A stretch of 64,000 nt of DNA from an uncultured Erysipelotrichaceae bacterium (GCA_903789495.1 CAIFEQ010000007.1:2414-66413), one strand, 5' to 3'. Counted from the first letter of the stretch, positions 24,752-34,025 are shown. Numbers and translations: made by a program. The notes: a model not told the origin generated them from the letters alone.

Positions 24752-26155
24752 TCAGCGCCCATGACGGCGCAGGAAGGCGTCCATCAGGGCCGGGTACTCT
24801 TCGAGGTTCAGCTGCCAGAGGCTGTGCTGCTGAGCCGCCAGGTCCGCCAGCTGACCATGCAGCCAGACGGCCATGACGCTGGCTGTGTAGGGATCCGCGA
24901 AGCAGTTCATGGCGGTGATCATGCCGGTCAGCAGATCGCCGCTGCCGGCCTGCCCCAGTCCGGCATTGCCGGTCTGGTTGATGTAGATCTGTCCTTTCGG
25001 AGAAGCCACGATCGTATGCGGTCCCTTCAGAACCAGCACGACCCTGTTTTCGGCCGCAAACTGCCGGGCAGCCTGAAGCGGGTTCTGCTGGATCTGTCTG
25101 GCGGTGCGGCGGCTGATGGCCGTGAATTCTCCCAGATGCGGGGTCAGGATGACCGGAGCCTGGGCAAACTGCAGCAGATAGGTATTGTTCTGCAGCAGAC
25201 GCAGCGCCTCGGCATCAAAGACGATCGGCACCCGGCTTTCCTGAATCAGTTCATCCAGGATCCGCTGCCGGTACGGCATCTGTCCGACGCCGCTGCCGAA
25301 GCAGACAGCCCGGCACTGACTCAGCAGGGAGCGGATCTCTTCCACGTGATTCTCTCCGTCCAGCAGATGGTAGACCGGCGAAAGGAAACGGCCGGCCGCT
25401 ACGGGATAGATTTCCCGCATCAGGGCACACAGGATATAGGGAGCACCGGCAGTCTTCGCCCCCAGCAGGTTGAAGCACAGGGCACCGGCCATGCCGGGAC
25501 TGCCGCCGATGATCAGAGTTTTGCCATAGCTGTTCTTATAGTCGGTTTCCCGTTTTCTGGGATAGAGGTCCAGAAAACGCTGGGCATCCATTTCAGTGAA
25601 GGGACTGCTCAGCCGCGGGGGACTCACTTCCAGCAGCTGCACCTGGTCAAAAAGACCATGCAGACGGCGCAGGGCATGGAAGGGGCGCAGGGCCCCGATG
25701 GCATAGGTCAGCTCGCTGTGCACGGCATCCGGATCGTGTTCCGGCCGGTCCGCAAAGGCTCCGGCATTCAGATCCAGACTGCAGATCCGGGCCTGACTCT
25801 GATTCAGCGCGCGCATGAGCCGGCGCTGCCGGTCGCTCAGCGAGGTGCCGTTTTCCTCCCCCAGAGCTTCCAGAATCACATCAGCCTGGCTCAGCTGCTG
25901 GGAAAAGACGGCCAGATCGCGGTCTTCCAGATGCGTGCAGTCCATCAGCACAGCGGCCGGACCGAGCTGTTCCTGACAGGCCCGGGCCAGCTGGCCGCGC
26001 CAGCCGCTGCCGGCCAGGATCAGATACCGGGTTTCTTCCGGGACGCGGGTCTGCAGATCTTCACAGAGCAGCCGGGCATAGCGGGAAAAGACACCGGGGT
26101 CTTCCGCCAGCTGGTCCTGAATCAGTTTCTGCCATTGTTCCTGGGTGCAGATCAT
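24752..26155 (-). CDS. nnr: Bifunctional NAD(P)H-hydrate repair enzyme Nnr; the dehydratase domain is clear and the N-terminal epimerase-like domain is divergent
   Basis: C-terminal YGKTLIIGGSPGMAGA, LVLKGPHTIV and GNAGLGQAGSGDLLTG. The N-domain has GSGWRGQLA where GPGNNGGDG is usual. Start at MICTQE. Confidence 0.8.
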   Translation of the reverse strand: MICTQEQWQKLIQDQLAEDPGVFSRYARLLCEDLQTRVPEETRYLILAGSGWRGQLARACQEQLGPAAVLMDCTHLEDRDLAVFSQQLSQADVILEALGEENGTSLSDRQRRLMRALNQSQARICSLDLNAGAFADRPEHDPDAVHSELTYAIGALRPFHALRRLHGLFDQVQLLEVSPPRLSSPFTEMDAQRFLDLYPRKRETDYKNSYGKTLIIGGSPGMAGALCFNLLGAKTAGAPYILCALMREIYPVAAGRFLSPVYHLLDGENHVEEIRSLLSQCRAVCFGSGVGQMPYRQRILDELIQESRVPIVFDAEALRLLQNNTYLLQFAQAPVILTPHLGEFTAISRRTARQIQQNPLQAARQFAAENRVVLVLKGPHTIVASPKGQIYINQTGNAGLGQAGSGDLLTGMITAMNCFADPYTASVMAVWLHGQLADLAAQQHSLWQLNLEEYPALMDAFLRRHGR

Positions 26156-26310
26156 AAATACCTCGATTTCTACAGTACCATTGTAAGCGCAGACGCGCTG
26201 AGAATCCATTGCCCGGCGGAAGAGAAAAAGCGGCCTGCCGGGCAGGCGCAGGAGTCATGCTTTACGGGAAAGTGTTATAATGAGAACAAGCAACGAAAGG
26301 GGTGTCGTTT

Positions 26311-26745
26311 ATGCCTGTCAAGAAAGCTAAAACTACTGCCAAGAAGACTGTCAAGAAGACAGCCTCTGCCGCTAAGAAGACGGCCGCCAAGAAGACCACC
26401 GTCAAGAAAACCGCTGTAACGGCTGCTCCGAAAGAAGAAGTCAGAACCGCTCCTGCCAAGAAGGATATACAGCTGTACAAGGACGTCATCAACTGGAAGA
26501 AGGGCGAAGCCAATTCCTGGGAATGGCTGTTCATTGAGATCAATGCCGGCGACCTGCTGACTGAGATCGAGGCCGGTGCCGATAACATGGACACCTGCTG
26601 CAAGGCCATGCTGGCATGCATGCTGGAAGGCGATGGCTTCATCGTCGACCCGGGCGGAGACCGTCTGGACAAGAGTCTGACGATCCGCTACTATGTCGAC
26701 AACCTCAGCCCGTCCCGCCGCAGCTACTGGGACGTCAACCGCTGA
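26311..26745 (+). CDS. Protein with a histone-H1-like Lys/Ala/Thr-rich N-terminal tail and an acidic C-terminal domain of unknown function
   Basis: MPVKKAKTTAKKTVKKTASAAKKTAAKKTTVKKTAV..., then WEWLFIEINAGDLLTEIEAGADNMDTCCKAMLACML. Extended -10 TGTTATAAT at 26273-26281. Confidence 0.7.
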   Translation: MPVKKAKTTAKKTVKKTASAAKKTAAKKTTVKKTAVTAAPKEEVRTAPAKKDIQLYKDVINWKKGEANSWEWLFIEINAGDLLTEIEAGADNMDTCCKAMLACMLEGDGFIVDPGGDRLDKSLTIRYYVDNLSPSRRSYWDVNR

Positions 26746-26760
26746 GCTTCTGAATCCGCT

Positions 26761-27309
26761 TCACGGGGATGCAGGCGACTGCATTCCTTTTTTCTGCATG
26801 CCAATCAGAAGCAGCGAGACTCCGGAGCAGTAAAGCCATTCGGCCAGTCCGCTGATGACCAGCCGGATCAGACACAGCATCAGGGTGAGCGTCAGCAGGA
26901 ACAGATAGCGCAGATGCAGACGGGCATCCGGCAGGGTGAGCTGATACAGCATGGCATTGAGCAGGGCAAAGGCCGCACAGGCAGAAAGAACATGCAGACT
27001 GCCAGCCAGACTGCCTTCTTCCGGATAGGGAATCAGCAGGGCAGCGATACCGCCGGCCAGCATGCCATACCAGCAGGGCTGCCAGTGTTCCAGATACCGG
27101 TTCAGCAGCCGGTACAGCAGGGACAGATCCACGGCAGCCGCCGGCAGCAGGCACAGCAGAAACACCAGCCAGCCCTGCGGCTGACTCAGGATCACGGAAT
27201 AATTCTCCTGCAGGGGATCACACCAGAGCAGCGGCAGTCCCAGCAGAACCGGCAGGATCACCCGCATCGCGTTCAGGAACCGGATTTCTTGAAGTGGGGT
27301 TTTGAACAT
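26761..27309 (-). CDS. Hypothetical multi-pass membrane protein
   Basis: MFKTPLQEIRFLNAMRVILPVLLGLPLLW..., five or six hydrophobic helices. The upstream part of the track ORF overlaps the divergent gene and looks non-coding. Confidence 0.6.
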   Translation of the reverse strand: MFKTPLQEIRFLNAMRVILPVLLGLPLLWCDPLQENYSVILSQPQGWLVFLLCLLPAAAVDLSLLYRLLNRYLEHWQPCWYGMLAGGIAALLIPYPEEGSLAGSLHVLSACAAFALLNAMLYQLTLPDARLHLRYLFLLTLTLMLCLIRLVISGLAEWLYCSGVSLLLIGMQKKGMQSPASP

Positions 27310-27333
27310 AGTAGAATTATATCTCGCAGGACA

Positions 27334-27849
27334 TTGCAGAATTCCGTGAACAGAGCAGCTGAACAACAGAACTTGATCATTGTCGGGGTCGATACCCCGC
27401 AGAAGGAAGCCGCAGCCCGGGCCCTGGCGCAGGCAGACGGACGGACTTTCCTGTCCATCGGGGAAATGATGACCCGGAAAACACGCATGCCGGCGGAGGC
27501 GATCGAAGAAGCCTATGGCCGGAAGTTTCTGCATGCTTGTCAGCGGGAAGCGGTGGCCGAAGCCGTGCAGGAAAGTCATGCGGTCATTGACTGTACCAGC
27601 GATCTGCTCCTGCAGTCTTCCTGCCGGGAAGCCCTGCAGAAAAGCGGTATTCTGATCTGGGTGGATACCCTGCCGCTGGTCCTGCAGCAGCAGAGTGAGG
27701 AAGAACAGAAACAGTCCCGTCAGGCATTCCGGGAACTGAACGCATCTTACTGGAAATATGCCGACTGGACCGTTAAAGTAGATAAAGCCGATCAGGATCC
27801 GGCTGCCGAGATCCTGGCCTGGCTGAAGAGAAACAGCGTATCCCTATGA
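27334..27849 (+). CDS. Shikimate-kinase-like (AroK fold) protein with a degenerate P-loop; start uncertain (TTG 27334, GTG 27346, TTG 27373)
   Basis: NLIIVGVDTPQKEAAARALAQADGRTFLSIGEMM aligns with AroK N.vLIGfmGsGKStvGr.LA..Lg..f.D.D, but GxxGxGKS is replaced by GVDTPQKE. Confidence 0.55.
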   Translation: MQNSVNRAAEQQNLIIVGVDTPQKEAAARALAQADGRTFLSIGEMMTRKTRMPAEAIEEAYGRKFLHACQREAVAEAVQESHAVIDCTSDLLLQSSCREALQKSGILIWVDTLPLVLQQQSEEEQKQSRQAFRELNASYWKYADWTVKVDKADQDPAAEILAWLKRNSVSL

Positions 27850-28199
27850 AGAAGAAGGAAAAAAGATTTCTGCTGGTTCTGTGCATCATTCTCGCCGCGG
27901 CGATTCTGATCATCAGAAATCCCTGGCGGAAGAAAGAACCGGACGTGGTTGTGGATATCCGGCACAGCAATGAGATTGTCGAATCGTTTGATCCCTATGT
28001 CGATGCGACCTATCACATTCAGGGCAGCTACGGTACGCTGGATGTGGAAGTCAAGGACGGCAAGTGGCATGTCACGAATGAACAGTGTCCGAATCACATC
28101 TGTGCCAGTGTCGGCTGGGTGGGGGTCGGCGAGGATATTCCCATTGTCTGTATGCCCAATGAAGTGATCATCATGGAGCGGGTGCAGAATGACGACTAA
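27846..28199 (+). CDS. NusG domain II-containing protein (DUF1312)
   Basis: N-terminal TM helix, then a beta-rich domain with CPNHICASVGW and IVCMPNEVII. ATGA overlaps the upstream gene. Confidence 0.75.
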   Translation: MKKKEKRFLLVLCIILAAAILIIRNPWRKKEPDVVVDIRHSNEIVESFDPYVDATYHIQGSYGTLDVEVKDGKWHVTNEQCPNHICASVGWVGVGEDIPIVCMPNEVIIMERVQNDD

Positions 28200-28728
28200 C
28201 AAGACCAGACATTTCGTATATCTGACTCTGCTGTGTGCCATGGCCATCACCCTGAACATGATCGAATCGATCTACATCGGTTCCTTCACGTTCGGGATCC
28301 GGATCGGTCTGGCCAACATCATCTCACTGATCACGATCAAGGTGCTGGGCGTTAAGGACATGATCATCGTCAACGTCATGCGGGTGTTCATCGGCAACCT
28401 GCTGCGGGGCATGATCTTCGGTTCCACCTTCTGGATCAGCCTGGGCGGCGTGACCCTGTCCTCGCTGATTCTGATCCTCATGGACCGCATCGATGCCTCC
28501 CTGATGTTCACCTCGATCATGAGTTCCATTGCCCACAGCGTCGGCCAGGTGCTGGTCGTCATGGCCTTCTACATGCAGCCTTATATTGCCACGTATCTGC
28601 CCTATCTGCTGGCCGGCTCCATTCCCATGGGAATCCTGACCGGAACCATTGCCAAACAGGTCCTGCAGCGGGTCAAGCCGCTGCGCCAGGAAATCACGCA
28701 TCGAACGGAAGTAGAAAAGAAGAAATGA
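28189..28728 (+). CDS. Gx transporter family protein (heptaprenyl diphosphate synthase component I-like)
   Basis: LTLLCAMAITLNMIESIYIG...GLANIISLITI...RVFIGNLLRGMIFGS; five TM helices. 11-nt overlap with the NusG_II gene. Confidence 0.75.
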   Translation: MTTNKTRHFVYLTLLCAMAITLNMIESIYIGSFTFGIRIGLANIISLITIKVLGVKDMIIVNVMRVFIGNLLRGMIFGSTFWISLGGVTLSSLILILMDRIDASLMFTSIMSSIAHSVGQVLVVMAFYMQPYIATYLPYLLAGSIPMGILTGTIAKQVLQRVKPLRQEITHRTEVEKKK

Positions 28729-29003
28729 AGAAGATCAAGATGTTTGTCCTGAGCGGGTGTCCCTACTGCGCCCAGGCCAACCGTATTCTGGATCAGCTGA
28801 AACAGGAAAATCCGGAATATGCCCGCATCCCCATCGAACAGGTGGAAGAACAGAGTCATCCCGAAATCGCCGCGGCCTATGATTATATCTATGAACCGTG
28901 CATGTTCATGGACGGAGAGCGGGTCTATGAATCCCATCCGGGCGAGAGTGAGCAGGAAGCGTATCAGAAAATAAAGGCCGTGCTGGATAAGGCACTGGCC
29001 TGA
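28725..29003 (+). CDS. Glutaredoxin/thioredoxin-fold protein (CPYC)
   Basis: MKKIKMFVLSGCPYCAQANRILDQL. ATGA overlaps the upstream gene. Confidence 0.8.
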   Translation: MKKIKMFVLSGCPYCAQANRILDQLKQENPEYARIPIEQVEEQSHPEIAAAYDYIYEPCMFMDGERVYESHPGESEQEAYQKIKAVLDKALA

Positions 29004-29019
29004 TGACAGGGCAGAAGAT

Positions 29020-30378
29020 TCAGTCTTCTGTCTTTTTCTTTTTCGCGGCGGCTTCTTCCTGACGCTTGCGCCGCTTCCATTCCTCGATGGCTTCCTTGTG
29101 TTCCTTGACCCGTTTCTCGACGCCCTGCTCGCTGGGATTGTAATAATGCTTGCCCTGCAGGGATTCCGGCAGACACTGCATGGCGGTGATGTGTCCCGCA
29201 TAGTCATGCGCGTACTGGTAGTCCTTCCCGTAGCCCAGCTCATCCATCAGCCGGGTCGGGGCATTGCGGATCTGCAGCGGGACCGGTTCATCCAGCATGT
29301 TCCGGGCATCGGCTGCCGCGGCGCTGTAGGCGGTATACAGACTGTTGGACTTGGGCGCCAGCGAGCAGAAGACCACCGCGTGGGTCAGGTGGACCGAACA
29401 TTCCGGCATGCCGAGGAACTGACAGGCCTGATAGGCATCGATCGCAATGCCCAAGGCCCGGGAGTCGGCCATGCCGATGTCTTCCGAGGCAAAGCGCACC
29501 ACCCGGCGGGCAATGTAGAGCGGATCCTCGCCGGCTTCCAGCATGCGGGCCAGCCAGTAGACGGCGGCATCGGCATCGGAGTTGCGCATGGATTTATGCA
29601 GGGCGGAGATCAGGTTGTAGTGTTCTTCGCCTTTCTTGTCATAGAGAATGGACTTCTGCTGGATGCACTGCTCGATGGTTTCCCGGGTGACTTTGGACTG
29701 CCGGCCGTTGCCTTCGCCGTTCAGCACGGAAATCTCTATTTTATTCAGCGCCGTCCGGTCTTCACCGTTGGCGTAGTTGGCAATCAGTTCCAGCAGATCG
29801 TCGCTGATCTCAATCTGCCAGTCGCCCAGACCGCGGGGATCCCTGATCGCATTCTTCAGAATCTCGACCAGATCCTCTGTCGTCAGCATCTTGAGCACGA
29901 AGACCTTGCACCGGGACAGCAGGGCAGAGTTGATCTCAAAGGAAGGATTCTCCGTCGTTGCCCCGATCAGGATGATGGAACCCCGCTCCACATAGGGCAG
30001 GAAGGCATCCTGCTGGGCCTTGTTGAAGCGGTGAATCTCATCCACGAACACGATCGTCTTGGTCCCCATGGAGCGGTTTTCCTCCGCCTTGGCCATGACG
30101 TCCTTGATCTCCTTGATCCCGCTGGTGACGGCCGAGAAGTTGATGAAACGTGCCTTGGTGGTATTGGCAATGATGCGGGCCAGGGTGGTCTTGCCTACAC
30201 CCGGCGGTCCCCAGAAGATCATGGACTGCACCTGATCCCGCTCGATCATCCGCTTCAGCAGCATCCCGTCGCCGACGAGGTGCTTCTGCCCGACGAACTG
30301 ATCCAGGGTCTCCGGACGCATGCGGTCGGCCAGGGGAGTGGTTTCGTTTCGGTTGTCAAACAGCGAATTCTGTTCCAT
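29020..30378 (-). CDS. rarA: Replication-associated recombination protein A (AAA+ ATPase)
   Basis: FWGPPGVGKTTLARI, VFVDEIHRFNKAQQD, GATTENPSFE, ISALHKSMRNSDADAAVYWLARML. Confidence 0.93.
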   Translation of the reverse strand: MEQNSLFDNRNETTPLADRMRPETLDQFVGQKHLVGDGMLLKRMIERDQVQSMIFWGPPGVGKTTLARIIANTTKARFINFSAVTSGIKEIKDVMAKAEENRSMGTKTIVFVDEIHRFNKAQQDAFLPYVERGSIILIGATTENPSFEINSALLSRCKVFVLKMLTTEDLVEILKNAIRDPRGLGDWQIEISDDLLELIANYANGEDRTALNKIEISVLNGEGNGRQSKVTRETIEQCIQQKSILYDKKGEEHYNLISALHKSMRNSDADAAVYWLARMLEAGEDPLYIARRVVRFASEDIGMADSRALGIAIDAYQACQFLGMPECSVHLTHAVVFCSLAPKSNSLYTAYSAAAADARNMLDEPVPLQIRNAPTRLMDELGYGKDYQYAHDYAGHITAMQCLPESLQGKHYYNPSEQGVEKRVKEHKEAIEEWKRRKRQEEAAAKKKKTED

Positions 30379-30418
30379 AGTTCACCTTTCCCTCATTATA
30401 GCCGTCCGGACAGAAATC

Positions 30419-30449
30419 TTGACCTGAAGTAAGCTCCAGTACCTAAAAT
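30419..30449 (+). promoter_or_regulatory. MerR-type promoter: TTGACC-19 nt spacer-TAAAAT with an imperfect dyad in the spacer
   Basis: 19-nt spacer tgaagtaagctccagtacc (CTGAAG...CTCCAG, 5/6 dyad). The -10 ends 6 nt before the merR-family ATG, so the transcript is probably leaderless. Confidence 0.55.
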
Positions 30450-30455
30450 GCAGGT

Positions 30456-30845
30456 ATGAGCGGGGAAAAAGAATATAAGATTTCCGAGATGGCGCAGATG
30501 ATGCATGTCAGTGTGGACACGCTGCGCTATTACGACCACGAAGGACTGCTGCCGGACCTGAAGCGGGTCAACGGCCAGCGGATCTTCACCGAAGCGGATC
30601 TGCCGCATATGCAGATCCTCATGTGCCTGAAGAACACCGGTCTGCCGATCCGGGAAATCCGGCGCTATTTTCAGCTGGCCCGGCAGGGCGATGCCACACT
30701 GCAGCAGCGCTATGAACTGCTGCAGGAACATCACCGGCATGTGGAAGCCCAGATGCAGGAACTGCAGGAACACATGCAGCTGCTGGACCGCAAGCTGGCG
30801 TTTTACCGGCAGAAAATCTCGGAACAGGAAAAGAAAAACGGCTGA
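30456..30845 (+). CDS. MerR family transcriptional regulator
   Basis: YKISEMAQMMHVSVDTLRYYDHEGLL HTH motif, then a coiled-coil dimerisation helix. No C-terminal metal-binding Cys residues. Confidence 0.88.
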   Translation: MSGEKEYKISEMAQMMHVSVDTLRYYDHEGLLPDLKRVNGQRIFTEADLPHMQILMCLKNTGLPIREIRRYFQLARQGDATLQQRYELLQEHHRHVEAQMQELQEHMQLLDRKLAFYRQKISEQEKKNG

Positions 30846-30867
30846 GCGGATCAGCCGTCTGCTGCAC

Positions 30868-30941
30868 TGGCAGGGGTGGAGAGAATCGAACTCCCATGAG
30901 CGGTTTTGGAGACCGATGTACTACCATTGTACTACACCCCT
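30868..30941 (-). tRNA. tRNA-Trp(CCA): tRNA-Trp (anticodon CCA)
   Basis: Reverse complement: AGGGGTGTAGTACAATGGTAGTACATCGGTCTCCAAAACCGCTCATGGGAGTTCGATTCTCTCCACCCCTGCCA. Anticodon loop CTCCAAA. Confidence 0.9.
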
Positions 30942-30951
30942 TTAAGGAAAA

Positions 30952-31028
30952 TGGTGACGCGTACGAGATTCGGACTCGTGAATGCCGCCGTGAAAGGGCG
31001 GTGTGTTAAGCCACTTCACCAACGCGCC
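30952..31028 (-). tRNA. tRNA-Glu(TTC): tRNA-Glu (anticodon TTC)
   Basis: Reverse complement: GGCGCGTTGGTGAAGTGGCTTAACACACCGCCCTTTCACGGCGGCATTCACGAGTCCGAATCTCGTACGCGTCACCA. Anticodon arm CCGCC-CTTTCAC-GGCGG. Confidence 0.9.
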
Positions 31029-31041
31029 ACAGTGCTTAAAA

Positions 31042-31050
31042 ATAATAGCA
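31042..31050 (-). promoter_or_regulatory. Extended -10 (TGCTATTAT) for the tRNA-Glu/tRNA-Trp transcript
   Basis: The minus strand reads TGCTATTAT, 13 nt upstream of the tRNA-Glu 5' end. Confidence 0.45.
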
Positions 31051-31166
31051 CAGAACAAAAATAAATAGCAACAACTACTTTTCGGCAGGGACAGGCAAGT
31101 CGGTCCGGCCGCGTTGAGAATGACAGGCCCTCCTATTATAATGAGTGCAGTACAGGGGAGGAACAC

Positions 31167-32150
31167 ATGAACAAGAACAGCCGGAAGGGCATGGCACCAT
31201 GGCTTTTGGCACTCTGCTGTGTGGCCATTGCCGGCATCGCGGCCGGTGTGATCCGGTATTTTTCCCTCAAGGAAAAATATGCCGGACAGGCGGTGGCCTA
31301 CAGCCGCCAGCAGGTGCAGCTGCTGTCTGAAGACAGCGGAGATTACGATATTGCCAGAAGCTTCTATACCGATGCGGAATGGGAAGCCATCCGCAGCGAC
31401 ACCGCCGTCACCATTACTGAGGATACGACGCAGACCGACGAGGAAACGCCGGTCATTGAATTCCAGCATGTGACCGGCAGTACCTATGACGGCTGGATGA
31501 TGCTGGTGCATGATCCGGATCTTGTCAAGGTGGCCGTGAATCCGAACATGGACAGCGGTACCGCGGCTCCGGATCTGGCCGAATACATCGAGATGTACGG
31601 TGCCATCGGCGGAATCAACGGCGGCGGCTTTGAGGATGCCGGGGGAACCGGCAACGGCGGCCTGGCCTATGGCATCGTCATTCATGAAGGCCAGCTGATC
31701 TCCGGCGGTCTGAATGAATACCAGCAGGTCATCGGCATTGACGCCGACGGCCGTCTGCAGTGTGCCGGCATGACCGGTCAGCAGGCACTGGACTGGGGCA
31801 TTCAGGAAGCGGTGACCTTCGGCCCGACCCTCATCAACAACTATTCGACGGTCTATGAGGAAGGCCAGGGCGATGTGCCGCGGCTGAATCCGCGCACAGC
31901 CATCGGCCAGCAGGAAGACGGAACGTTCCTGCTGCTGGTCCTGGACGGCCGCGGACCGGCTTCTTTCGGAGCGCTGTATCAGGACATCGTGGATGTCATG
32001 TATCAGTTCGGCGCCCGTACCGCCTCCAACCTGGACGGCGGCAACTCGACGGCGATGATCTTCAACGGCGAATACGTGAACAACACGGTCTCCATGTATG
32101 GCAGCCGCAACCTGCCGACCGCCTTTGTGGTCATGAAGGAGGGCAGCTGA
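31167..32150 (+). CDS. Phosphodiester glycosidase family protein (NAGPA-like, DUF2233), membrane-anchored
   Basis: N-terminal TM helix. GGINGGGFEDAGGTG, RTAIGQQEDGTFLLLVLDGRG and ASNLDGGNSTAM motifs. Confidence 0.8.
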   Translation: MNKNSRKGMAPWLLALCCVAIAGIAAGVIRYFSLKEKYAGQAVAYSRQQVQLLSEDSGDYDIARSFYTDAEWEAIRSDTAVTITEDTTQTDEETPVIEFQHVTGSTYDGWMMLVHDPDLVKVAVNPNMDSGTAAPDLAEYIEMYGAIGGINGGGFEDAGGTGNGGLAYGIVIHEGQLISGGLNEYQQVIGIDADGRLQCAGMTGQQALDWGIQEAVTFGPTLINNYSTVYEEGQGDVPRLNPRTAIGQQEDGTFLLLVLDGRGPASFGALYQDIVDVMYQFGARTASNLDGGNSTAMIFNGEYVNNTVSMYGSRNLPTAFVVMKEGS

Positions 32151-32151
32151 C

Positions 32152-33231
32152 ATGGCAGAAAAGAAGAAGATCAGCCTGGGCGTCTCACTGGGCATCATCG
32201 CTGCCGTGGCAGCCGTCTGTGCCGGGGCCGGATATCTGCATATTCAGAACCTGCGGCAGACCTATGCCGAAGCGGAAGCGGCCATGCCGGAGTCGGCGAT
32301 CAGCCGCTATCTGCAGCAGATCCAGAGCGGTGATCTGGACGGCATCTATGAAGATTCGATGATCGTCGAACCGCATCTCAACGGCAAGGAAGAATACATC
32401 GCGGCCCTGGAGGAAATCTATGCCGGGGTGGATATCGCGGACATCACCTATGTGAAGTCAGAAGAAAGCACCGAGGACAACCTGCTCTATCAGCTGGTCA
32501 CTGACAACACCCTGCTGGCTACCGTACATCTGATCAAGGATTCCGACGGCCAGTGGCTGGCCTCGACCATCTTCTCCGGGGACAACGACTACACCATCGA
32601 AGTCCCGACCGGCCTGACGCTGACCATCAACGGCAATGCGATCGATGATACCTACTGCACCGAGGCCGGTGTCACCGCCTCGAACTTTGAAGGTCTGACG
32701 GATCAGAGCGAAGCCCCGATCGTCAACGTCTACCAGATCAACAACCTGCTGGCCGAACCGGAGATCGGTATCGAGGGGCAGAGCGGCTATACCACCCTGA
32801 AGGATGTCGTCAGCGGCACCCTCTACGTGGGTAAGAGCAGCACGGATACGGACCTGGCCGATACGATGCTCTATGACATCGAGACGGCGGCGCGTTTCCC
32901 GGCACAGGAAGTGAGCCTTGGTGCGGTGGCGGCGGTGATGGTGACCGGCAGTGACTGCTACAGCCGGATTTCCACCTTGCAGAATACACGGTTCACCAGT
33001 CACAGCACATCCTATTTTTCCAATGAGAAGGCCTACAACATCATTCAGCAGTCTGACAATACCGCGGTCGGCTATGTCACCTATGACTACTATGCCTCCA
33101 ACGGCAGCGTGGACCGGACCTGGCATGCCGGGTTCCAGGTCAGCCTGATCGAGAGCGGCGGCACCTGGAAGATTGCGGGCCTGGGCACGGACAGCACCTT
33201 AAATGAGAATCAGACCATTCCCGAATACTGA
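32152..33231 (+). CDS. Hypothetical membrane-anchored extracytoplasmic protein
   Basis: [29 protein letters not shown] (TM), then a domain of about 320 aa with no motif I recognise. Starts 1 nt after the upstream stop. Confidence 0.65.
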   Translation: MAEKKKISLGVSLGIIAAVAAVCAGAGYLHIQNLRQTYAEAEAAMPESAISRYLQQIQSGDLDGIYEDSMIVEPHLNGKEEYIAALEEIYAGVDIADITYVKSEESTEDNLLYQLVTDNTLLATVHLIKDSDGQWLASTIFSGDNDYTIEVPTGLTLTINGNAIDDTYCTEAGVTASNFEGLTDQSEAPIVNVYQINNLLAEPEIGIEGQSGYTTLKDVVSGTLYVGKSSTDTDLADTMLYDIETAARFPAQEVSLGAVAAVMVTGSDCYSRISTLQNTRFTSHSTSYFSNEKAYNIIQQSDNTAVGYVTYDYYASNGSVDRTWHAGFQVSLIESGGTWKIAGLGTDSTLNENQTIPEY

Positions 33232-33248
33232 TTCCAGGGAGAACAGAA

Positions 33249-34025
33249 ATGATTGATTATGCAGAAGGAAGCGGCCGCCAGTACCATATCGGCGTAGCCA
33301 AAGGAGAAGTCGGCAGATATGTGCTCCTGCCCGGCGATCCCAAACGCTGCAAAAAGATTGCGGCCTTCTTTGAAGAACCGCAGCTGATCGCCGACAGCCG
33401 GGAGTTTGTCACCTACAGCGGCTATGTGGCAGGAGAGAAAGTCTCCGTCACATCCACCGGCATCGGCGGTCCCAGCGCTTCCATAGCCATGGAAGAGCTG
33501 ACCGCCTGCGGGGCAGACACCTTCATCCGGGTCGGCACCTGCGGCGGCATGGACATCAATGTCCGCAGCGGCGATCTGGTCATTGCGACGGGGGCGATCC
33601 GCATGGAAGGCACCTCCAAGGAATATGCCCCGATCGAGTTCCCGGCCATTGCCGACCTGGACATTGTCAATGCCCTGGTCAAAGCAGCCCAGAACCTCAG
33701 GGTCCCGTATCATACGGGTGTGGTGCAGTGCAAGGATGCCTTCTATGGCCAGCACCGGCCGGAGACCCTGCCGAACGGCGAGGAACTGATCCGAAAATGG
33801 AAGGCCTGGCTGAAGCTGGGCACCCTGGCTTCCGAAATGGAGTCGGCGGCCCTGTTTACTGTGGCCTCCTACCTGCATGTGCGCTGCGGCACCTGCCTGC
33901 TGACCGTGGCCAATCAGGAACGGGCGGCACAGGGACTTCCCAATCCTCAGGTACAGGATACCGAAATGGCCATCCGGACGGCCATCGAAGCCGTCAAGGT
34001 GCTGATCGAACAGGACAAGGCCTAG
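33249..34025 (+). CDS. Uridine phosphorylase-like nucleoside phosphorylase (PNP/UDP family 1)
   Basis: [50 protein letters not shown]. Confidence 0.85.
   Translation: MIDYAEGSGRQYHIGVAKGEVGRYVLLPGDPKRCKKIAAFFEEPQLIADSREFVTYSGYVAGEKVSVTSTGIGGPSASIAMEELTACGADTFIRVGTCGGMDINVRSGDLVIATGAIRMEGTSKEYAPIEFPAIADLDIVNALVKAAQNLRVPYHTGVVQCKDAFYGQHRPETLPNGEELIRKWKAWLKLGTLASEMESAALFTVASYLHVRCGTCLLTVANQERAAQGLPNPQVQDTEMAIRTAIEAVKVLIEQDKA

Noticed and set aside
26311-26460. Repetitive AAGAAGAC/AAGAAAAC units that at first glance resemble a short DNA repeat array.
   Set aside because: They are in-frame KKT/AKK codon repeats of a low-complexity protein tail. There is no spacer-repeat periodicity and no cas genes, so this is not CRISPR.
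26914-27333. Upstream 140 codons of track ORF 26914-27849, and the upstream part (27310-27579) of ORF 26761-27579.
   Set aside because: The two extensions overlap each other on opposite strands and are Gln/Arg/Pro/Gly-rich with no motifs. The membrane protein begins convincingly at MFKTPLQ (27309), and the kinase-fold homology begins after 27334.
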